The notes beneath the pieces were generated by a model, which was given only the letters and a program-made list of their open reading frames with translations, ran no database searches and was not told the origin of the DNA. Both the position numbers and the translations under genes were made by a program. Below are positions 26,756 through 31,423 of a stretch of DNA of 31,423 nucleotides, piece after piece. The DNA is taken from the IMG/VR virus record IMGVR_UViG_2974574029_000001, positions 1 to 31,423 of that record; one strand, written 5' to 3'. Within the stretch, counting starts at the first letter, position 1, and each line of letters begins with the position of its first letter. This DNA is from a virus. Taxonomy: Duplodnaviria > Heunggongvirae > Uroviricota > Caudoviricetes.

Positions 26756-26784
26756 TTGCAGCGCCCTTTTTCGTCTGTTATTCT
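26756..26784 (+). promoter_or_regulatory. Early promoter embedded in a terminator
   Basis: TTGCAG-N17-TATTCT inside GGGCGCT-ATTGC-AGCGCCC followed by a T run. Confidence 0.75.
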
Positions 26785-26815
26785 TTTACCTCCCTCATTA
26801 AACGAGTAATACCAA

Positions 26816-27079
26816 ATGACAAACATGATTTACATTGTAAGCAAAACAAGCCTTTTACGCGCTACCCTGCTGGCTTGCCTTATTGCTTTAGTGTCTAATA
26901 CGTGTTTTAACTGGCTGGCCTGTCTGGTAACGACTGAGACAACGGCGCAAGGGTTTAACACCATGATCGACGTTTTACAATTGACGTTTTACACCCTGAT
27001 TAAACTTAATCGCTTTAATCGTTTAGACCGTTATGATCTCCCTTTCTTGATCGCTGGCCTGCTGGCTATCGCGCTGTAA
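26816..27079 (+). CDS. Early membrane protein (2-3 TM segments)
   Basis: Hydrophobic segments; followed by a terminator. Confidence 0.65.
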   Translation: MTNMIYIVSKTSLLRATLLACLIALVSNTCFNWLACLVTTETTAQGFNTMIDVLQLTFYTLIKLNRFNRLDRYDLPFLIAGLLAIAL

Positions 27080-27104
27080 GGCTCCACTACTCCCCAAAAA
27101 TAAT

Positions 27105-27125
27105 GCCGGGCAACTCCCGGCTTTT
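27105..27125 (+). terminator. Intrinsic terminator ending the early block
   Basis: GCCGGG-CAACT-CCCGGC-TTTT. Confidence 0.75.
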
Positions 27126-27361
27126 GTGTTTTTATATGTTAGGTTTTATCAATCAATAATCAAAAAGTGATAGGTGACTAAAACCTGCATAATCGAGATC
27201 TCCAGGCGGTAACCCACTAGCCAGGGCAAGGGATAAAGTCCCTCAGAATGGCGCATATTGCGCTTAAAAGGGTATGGCCCTACCTAACAACCCCCACAAT
27301 TAATAACGCATGTTATTAACTGAATAAAATATGCATTTTTACGCATTATGTATGCATAGCG

Positions 27362-28103
27362 TGAGAATCACTCTCAAATGATAACTTTTATCATCTAATC
27401 TATTGTGTGAACTGGTTTTATTGAGCATAACTATACACTTTTCAAGTGTTTTAACATCCTGTTAAAATCGCCTTGCGATACTAAAATAAAATCTTGTCAA
27501 ATAAAAATCGTTCGCGTAATCGTGGGGAGTGGCGCGAGCGTAGCGAGCGACACAATAACACGAGAGTAACTCAAATGCGAACAAATCGCATTCTCGTTCG
27601 CGTTATCGTGGCTCGTTAGCGCCTAAGAGCGAATGAAAATTGTTATCATTAAGATCATTACATCCGTAATGATTAGCAAACTTATTTTATCACATCGCCA
27701 CGATAACACCGATCACGCTCTGCGTGATCGCTCTCGTGTTATTGTGTCGCTGGTGATAGTAAACCCGTGTTATTATATGCGATCAAATCGCATTAAATCG
27801 TGAATAATGGTTGACAAACCAGAATTATTGATAATGAAAACATGTTGTTTTTGAGCATAGTTTGCCTGAAGTGTCAATATAAATTTATCATAGAGAATAG
27901 CTATCAATCCCTTGCGTAGCAAGGGTTGATGGGAATGATTATCATTGCGGAAATGCTCAAAATTGTATGGTGTGTTAGTGTATTGCTAAACACGATTCTC
28001 TCTCCTTGTCAAGCTTTTATTTATAAATTTACAAAATATTTATATTTACGGAATGATTCTCATTTCGAAATTGAATTCGAAATCGAAATAATAATGATTC
28101 TCA
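27362..28103. promoter_or_regulatory. Cluster of seven Fur-box-like 7-1-7 sequences
   Basis: Sites start at 27362, 27379, 27634, 27892, 27930, 28048 and 28089 (see findings). Confidence 0.6.
27546..27751. other. 206-nt multibranch secondary-structure element (ncRNA or ssDNA structure)
   Basis: Perfect 21-bp inverted repeat 27546-27566/27731-27751 enclosing an 11-bp stem and four hairpins. Confidence 0.8.
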
Positions 28104-28135
28104 TTCGTCATCTCATTCACAAAACAACCCTGAAA

Positions 28136-28153
28136 GATGAATAATCACACATG
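28136..28153 (+). promoter_or_regulatory. ARG-box-like sequence (ArgR)
   Basis: GATGAATAATCACACATG fits TGAAT-N4-A(T/C)NCA; ~108 bp before the XerC arm. Confidence 0.45.
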
Positions 28154-28261
28154 AAACTATCACCATGATAACAGTCACACCATGTAATGACCTGAAGCGG
28201 CTGGCCTATGTGTCACACTGGTAACATTGGGGCATTATTAGTCTGCTATGTATTGTTAGCC

Positions 28262-28289
28262 AGTGCGTATAACGTGTTTTATGTTAAAT
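28262..28289 (+). other. XerC/XerD dif-like recombination site
   Basis: AGTGCGTATAA-CGTGTT-TTATGTTAAAT; XerD arm 11/11 and XerC arm 9/11 identical to E. coli dif (GGTGCGCATAA-TGTATA-TTATGTTAAAT). Confidence 0.85.
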
Positions 28290-28663
28290 GGTGTAATTCA
28301 TATAAATATAAGCTTGTCAAGAGTAAATCGTGCTGTAAGCTGGCAAACCATAAGCTTGCTATCTGACACACCCAATTATTATTAGTTTCGGCAAGTAACT
28401 ATCATGCCTGAAGAGGCCCCGAGGAACCGGGAACCGGATCGACCTTGCCCATGATATTTTGTAAAGATCCGTAAAGATAGTTGACGCCAGGAGCTGTCCG
28501 TCTAGCACCGCAGATGGTGCGAATACAATATTTTTTACCCAAGGACCAAGCCATGATATTTTTCGGCAAGTGATATTTTCGGCAGGGGGTCTGTTTTGAT
28601 TTCCCCACGGGGGGAAGGGGTGGTTATACGGGGAAAACAGGGGCCTGTTTACGCGATATATTT

Positions 28664-28782
28664 ACCCGTGTACGGGTTAGCCTCTGGCTAATCGCCCAAG
28701 GCGATATATTTATAGCACCGGAGGTTTTTGCCTTTGGCAAAGTGCTTCGCACCGTAATGTTTATGGCATCGACACGTTACGG
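28664..28782. repeat. Second chain of back-to-back short palindromes
   Basis: ACCCGT-GT-ACGGGT; TTAGCC-TCT-GGCTAA; ATCGCC-CAA-GGCGAT; TTTGCC-TTT-GGCAAA; GTGC-TTC-GCAC; CCGTAA...TTACGG. Confidence 0.85.
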
Positions 28783-28971
28783 CAATGTGTTTATGAAATG
28801 GAGTTTTATCGACATATCGGGGAGACCCTTCATATTATGTGTGTTAATGGGATGTGCAACCTTTCACGCAGGGGTGGTGATTGTATCCTCCCGCTTCAGG
28901 AGATTTGGCGTATAATGACTATATCAGGGCTGACTGTTTACGTCAAGGAAAATTGATGCGCCACTTTAGAT

Positions 28972-28998
28972 AAAAGAAAAGGAGCCTCTTCAGGCTCC
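28972..28998 (-). terminator. Intrinsic terminator for the leftward genes
   Basis: Minus strand GGAGCC-TGAAGA-GGCTCC-TTTTCTTTT. Confidence 0.8.
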
Positions 28999-29011
28999 CT
29001 TGTTGTGTGGG

Positions 29012-29440
29012 TCAGATATTCTTGACTGCGATCAGGTTTGGGACATACGTGCATGTTGAGGAGTACGGGGTGTCCTTCCTGCGAAGCTGTGTCTTGCACA
29101 GAGAAGCATGTGATTGTGTGTCCACAGGCCCTCGGTCATAGAACGGATATCCGCTGCACATGTACGGGCGATCCTCGTATATTGAGCACTTGTTGTCTTT
29201 CAGCTTTGTGCAGGTAAAGTAGCTGGTGAAGTGTTTTGTTCCTTTACCAACCTCTTCACGACCTGTAACAACAAGAGGATTCCGTTTGTAGGCCTCATCC
29301 CTGGAGATTGGTTTCATCATCTCCCCGTGGATAGCCGATACTCTTCCGGTCCTGACCTTTTCGTGAAATTCTTCGTGCGTGATGTTATCTATGGCGATAA
29401 CTTCACAACAGGCACTGCAATTATGGCAATGTTTTATCAT
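29012..29440 (-). CDS. YkgJ-family zinc/iron-chelating cysteine-cluster protein
   Basis: CHNCSACC...CTKLKDNKCSIYEDRPYMCSGYPF. Confidence 0.8.
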   Translation of the reverse strand: MIKHCHNCSACCEVIAIDNITHEEFHEKVRTGRVSAIHGEMMKPISRDEAYKRNPLVVTGREEVGKGTKHFTSYFTCTKLKDNKCSIYEDRPYMCSGYPFYDRGPVDTQSHASLCKTQLRRKDTPYSSTCTYVPNLIAVKNI

Positions 29441-29725
29441 TTATAGCCTCATCCAGGTTTGATAGTCAGCTTCTGTGTAGTGCTCATCACGTGCAACTTT
29501 TTGTGGTGGAGCAGGGTTCTTTGCAGCAGCTTCCATGATTCCCCGTGGGTCGGGGTCTTCAATCAGGTGTTTGTGTTCATCACAGGCGTAGTGCTTGTAC
29601 CAGTCACGCAGTCCCCACGGCGGTTGGTATTTCGTCATGACTGTGCAGCGCCTGCGGATGCCAATGGCTTTGCAGAATTTGCAGTAGGTTATAGGTTTGC
29701 ACTTCTTCAGTGGGATATGTTTCAT
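29441..29725 (-). CDS. Cys/His zinc-binding hypothetical protein
   Basis: CKFC...ACDEH. Confidence 0.65.
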   Translation of the reverse strand: MKHIPLKKCKPITYCKFCKAIGIRRRCTVMTKYQPPWGLRDWYKHYACDEHKHLIEDPDPRGIMEAAAKNPAPPQKVARDEHYTEADYQTWMRL

Positions 29726-29928
29726 TGATAATAATCCTCAGGCCCACCCATGTACCAGGAGTCTGGTGCATCCCCCAGGTCAACCTCTCCCCAGTCACGA
29801 CTCTTTTTCCCTTTGGTCTGCTCCTTTCCAAAAAGAGCAGTTCCGTCAAGAAGGTGACCCATAGCTTTCTCGCCCTTTTTGACGATCCTCCCACGGGCGT
29901 TCCATTCATCAAATGTTCTGTAAGCCAT
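29722..29928 (-). CDS. Hypothetical protein
   Basis: GGAGA SD before MAYRTFDEW. Confidence 0.65.
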   Translation of the reverse strand: MAYRTFDEWNARGRIVKKGEKAMGHLLDGTALFGKEQTKGKKSRDWGEVDLGDAPDSWYMGGPEDYYQ

Positions 29929-30145
29929 AGTAATTCTCCCCAAGAATAAACTCGGCAGCGGCGTTCCACCCCAAGCAATAAGCATCTGTTCCCCGAAGGA
30001 TACTCCCTTTGTCATTGATTTCGTGCTGCTTAAGCATACAGTCTCGCCAACCTCTGAGTGCCTCATCTTTTGAGCCGACATCGAGCCTTCCCAGATTTTG
30101 CCACCAGAAGTGAAAGACTTTCGTGTAGGTGTTTAGGGTGTTCAT
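29909..30145 (-). CDS. Hypothetical protein
   Basis: 78-aa ORF in operon context. Confidence 0.6.
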   Translation of the reverse strand: MNTLNTYTKVFHFWWQNLGRLDVGSKDEALRGWRDCMLKQHEINDKGSILRGTDAYCLGWNAAAEFILGENYYGLQNI

Positions 30146-30146
30146 C

Positions 30147-30467
30147 TCATATTATCCATTTATCGATAGGTGTGTCACCAAAGCTTTTATGCCATCTGTG
30201 CGGCTTGTGCCCACGGTTATGATCCAATCTGGTGGTATCGGGAGGGACGGATAAATGTGCCCCCTCTATATCGTAGAACACCTTCCCTATTTTGGTATAA
30301 ACATGGCCTTCACTTGGGGAGTAACATATTTCTGAATCCGGGAAAATGTGTCTGAGCACCAAGGCTACTTGATAACATTTTCCGTTTTTTCCTACCCAAC
30401 TGACGTCTACTTGAGGCGGGAAAATATCTCTTATCTTTCTAATAAGACTGGTTATGTTATTTTCCAT
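30147..30467 (-). CDS. Hypothetical protein with Cys/His/Asp triad-like motif
   Basis: GKCYQVA...GHVYT...FYDIEG. Confidence 0.7.
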   Translation of the reverse strand: MENNITSLIRKIRDIFPPQVDVSWVGKNGKCYQVALVLRHIFPDSEICYSPSEGHVYTKIGKVFYDIEGAHLSVPPDTTRLDHNRGHKPHRWHKSFGDTPIDKWII

Positions 30468-30651
30468 TCCCCACCTTCGTTAATCTACGACGTTCCAGCT
30501 CTTCACGAGCAAAGCTGGCCCATTTACGGACTTGGCTACGACCTTTTAGAATTTCAGGTTCTGGGTGTTCTACCAGGTAACTCTCTGCCGTCTCGGCATA
30601 CTCAATCAGTCGCTCATCAGAGAGTTCTTTCAGGTATTCTTCTGTGGTCAT
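30457..30651 (-). CDS. Hypothetical protein
   Basis: GGGAG SD; helical 64-aa ORF. Confidence 0.65.
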   Translation of the reverse strand: MTTEEYLKELSDERLIEYAETAESYLVEHPEPEILKGRSQVRKWASFAREELERRRLTKVGNGK

Positions 30652-30868
30652 TTCATAACTCCCGGTGTCGGTATTAACTTAGAGACATCCTTCCCACAAG
30701 AATCGCATACATAACGCTTACCCCCAGAAATCACCTTGTTATCACCCTGATTATAAGGTATGCCAGTGAAATCAACATGCAGCGTATAGCGTTCTGTGAT
30801 AACTGTGCTGGCAGAGTAGCCTCACAGTGTGGGCAGGTCTCTGTCCCCATCTTATCAATATCTTTCAT
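30648..30868 (-). CDS. Zinc-ribbon protein (~73 aa) with an apparent -1 indel near 30810; not in ORF track
   Basis: GAGAGGG SD; TCPHCEATL joins STVITERY...YVCDSCGKD if one base is restored. Confidence 0.6.
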
Positions 30869-30876
30869 TGGCCCTC

Positions 30877-31155
30877 TCACCAAAGAATGACATAGTTATG
30901 CTTCAGGCATCTCTTCATACCATAAAGGTCGGCCTGAATACACATAATGACCAGCTCCCGATCGAAAGAGGTCATGCCATCTTCATGACATCCCTTTACG
31001 TAGTTTTCGATCCAAACTTCATCTGTTAACTGCGCCTCAGCGACAGCAATTTCTTGCTTTATCCACTCACGCTCTTCAGGTGTAAGCGGTGTGTAGGCCC
31101 GTGCATCTGTAAAGATATTCATGGTGCCATCTCCCACCAAACATTGAACATCCAT
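30877..31155 (-). CDS. Hypothetical protein (true start probably MNIFTD)
   Basis: Helical ORF; GGAGA SD before the internal ATG. Confidence 0.65.
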   Translation of the reverse strand: MDVQCLVGDGTMNIFTDARAYTPLTPEEREWIKQEIAVAEAQLTDEVWIENYVKGCHEDGMTSFDRELVIMCIQADLYGMKRCLKHNYVILW

Positions 31156-31316
31156 GCTGAAAGGAATGCATGGGCAATCATCATGATACCAGGAAAAACA
31201 AACGGGTCTTCTTTTTCACGAAGCAGGAGTGTTAATGCCTGCAAACCACAGCAAACCGCGTTCAAAATGAACAGGAAAAACGTAAATACTAAAGCAAGCA
31301 TATCTCTTACTCCCAA
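31119..31316 (-). CDS. Small two-TM membrane protein
   Basis: Two hydrophobic segments. Confidence 0.6.
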   Translation of the reverse strand: MGVRDMLALVFTFFLFILNAVCCGLQALTLLLREKEDPFVFPGIMMIAHAFLSAWMFNVWWEMAP

Positions 31317-31423
31317 AGACCAAAGTGATTAAGTACCGCGATGATGAGAACGATGACTACGACTTTCAGGATAAAAGGTAGACATCCGAGGTTCTCATAA
31401 ACACCACTTCTTTCCGCATTGAA
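31307..31423 (-). CDS. Partial membrane protein (C-terminus only)
   Basis: FNAERSGVYENLGCLPFILKVVVIVLIIAVLNHFGLWE-stop; open to the window edge. Confidence 0.5.
   Translation of the reverse strand, partial: FNAERSGVYENLGCLPFILKVVVIVLIIAVLNHFGLWE

Noticed and set aside
27145-27195. OxyR-like site
   Set aside because: ATAG/CTAT tetramers could not be placed at the required N7 spacing.
27320-27358. Tandem ARG boxes (TGAATAAAATATGCA, CGCATTATGTATGCA)
   Set aside because: Half-site spacing is one base longer than consensus; kept only as part of the duplicated module, although an indel error could hide a match.
27926-28608. Track ORFs 27926-28144 (+) and 28402-28608 (-)
   Set aside because: No SD or promoter context; they overlap binding-site-like and repeat DNA.
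28612-28619. KOPS-like GGGAAGGG near the dif-like site
   Set aside because: Single copy in a G-rich patch, and oriented away from the site.
586-31332. Many antisense or alternate-frame ORFs in the track (e.g. 586-930, 3412-3879, 8348-8827, 14890-15378, 18489-18902, 22035-22688)
   Set aside because: Shadow ORFs opposite well-supported genes, with no motifs or ribosome binding sites.

Overview
A 31.4-kb segment of a large lytic dsDNA phage of enterobacteria. The gene set (rIIA, SleB-type hydrolase, Rnl2-type ligase, MoxR AAA + VWA pair, Srd-like protein, three HNH nucleases) suggests an rV5-like/Vequintavirinae-type myovirus; this is inferred, no search was run. Layout: 1-11.5 kb leftward genes; 11.6-19.0 kb rightward genes, with an HTH gene followed by an origin-like sequence at 15.55-15.8 kb; 19.0-28.9 kb a compositionally distinct early/host-takeover-like block of small genes behind near-consensus sigma70 promoters, bracketed by two long non-coding zones; 29-31.4 kb leftward small genes. 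The most unusual content is non-coding: (1) a XerC/XerD dif-like site (XerD arm identical to E. coli dif) with an ARG-box-like sequence ~108 bp upstream, as in the plasmid cer site; (2) about ten Fur-box-like 7-1-7 palindromes; (3) a 206-nt multibranch fold closed by a perfect 21-bp inverted repeat; (4) two related chains of short-loop palindromes 13 kb apart in inverted orientation; (5) tandem ORF-less promoters that may drive small RNAs; (6) apparent enrichment of GATC and CCWGG in the early block. At least six genes carry single-base deletions in short homopolymers, most likely sequencing errors rather than pseudogenes. Protein family calls come from recognised motifs only.
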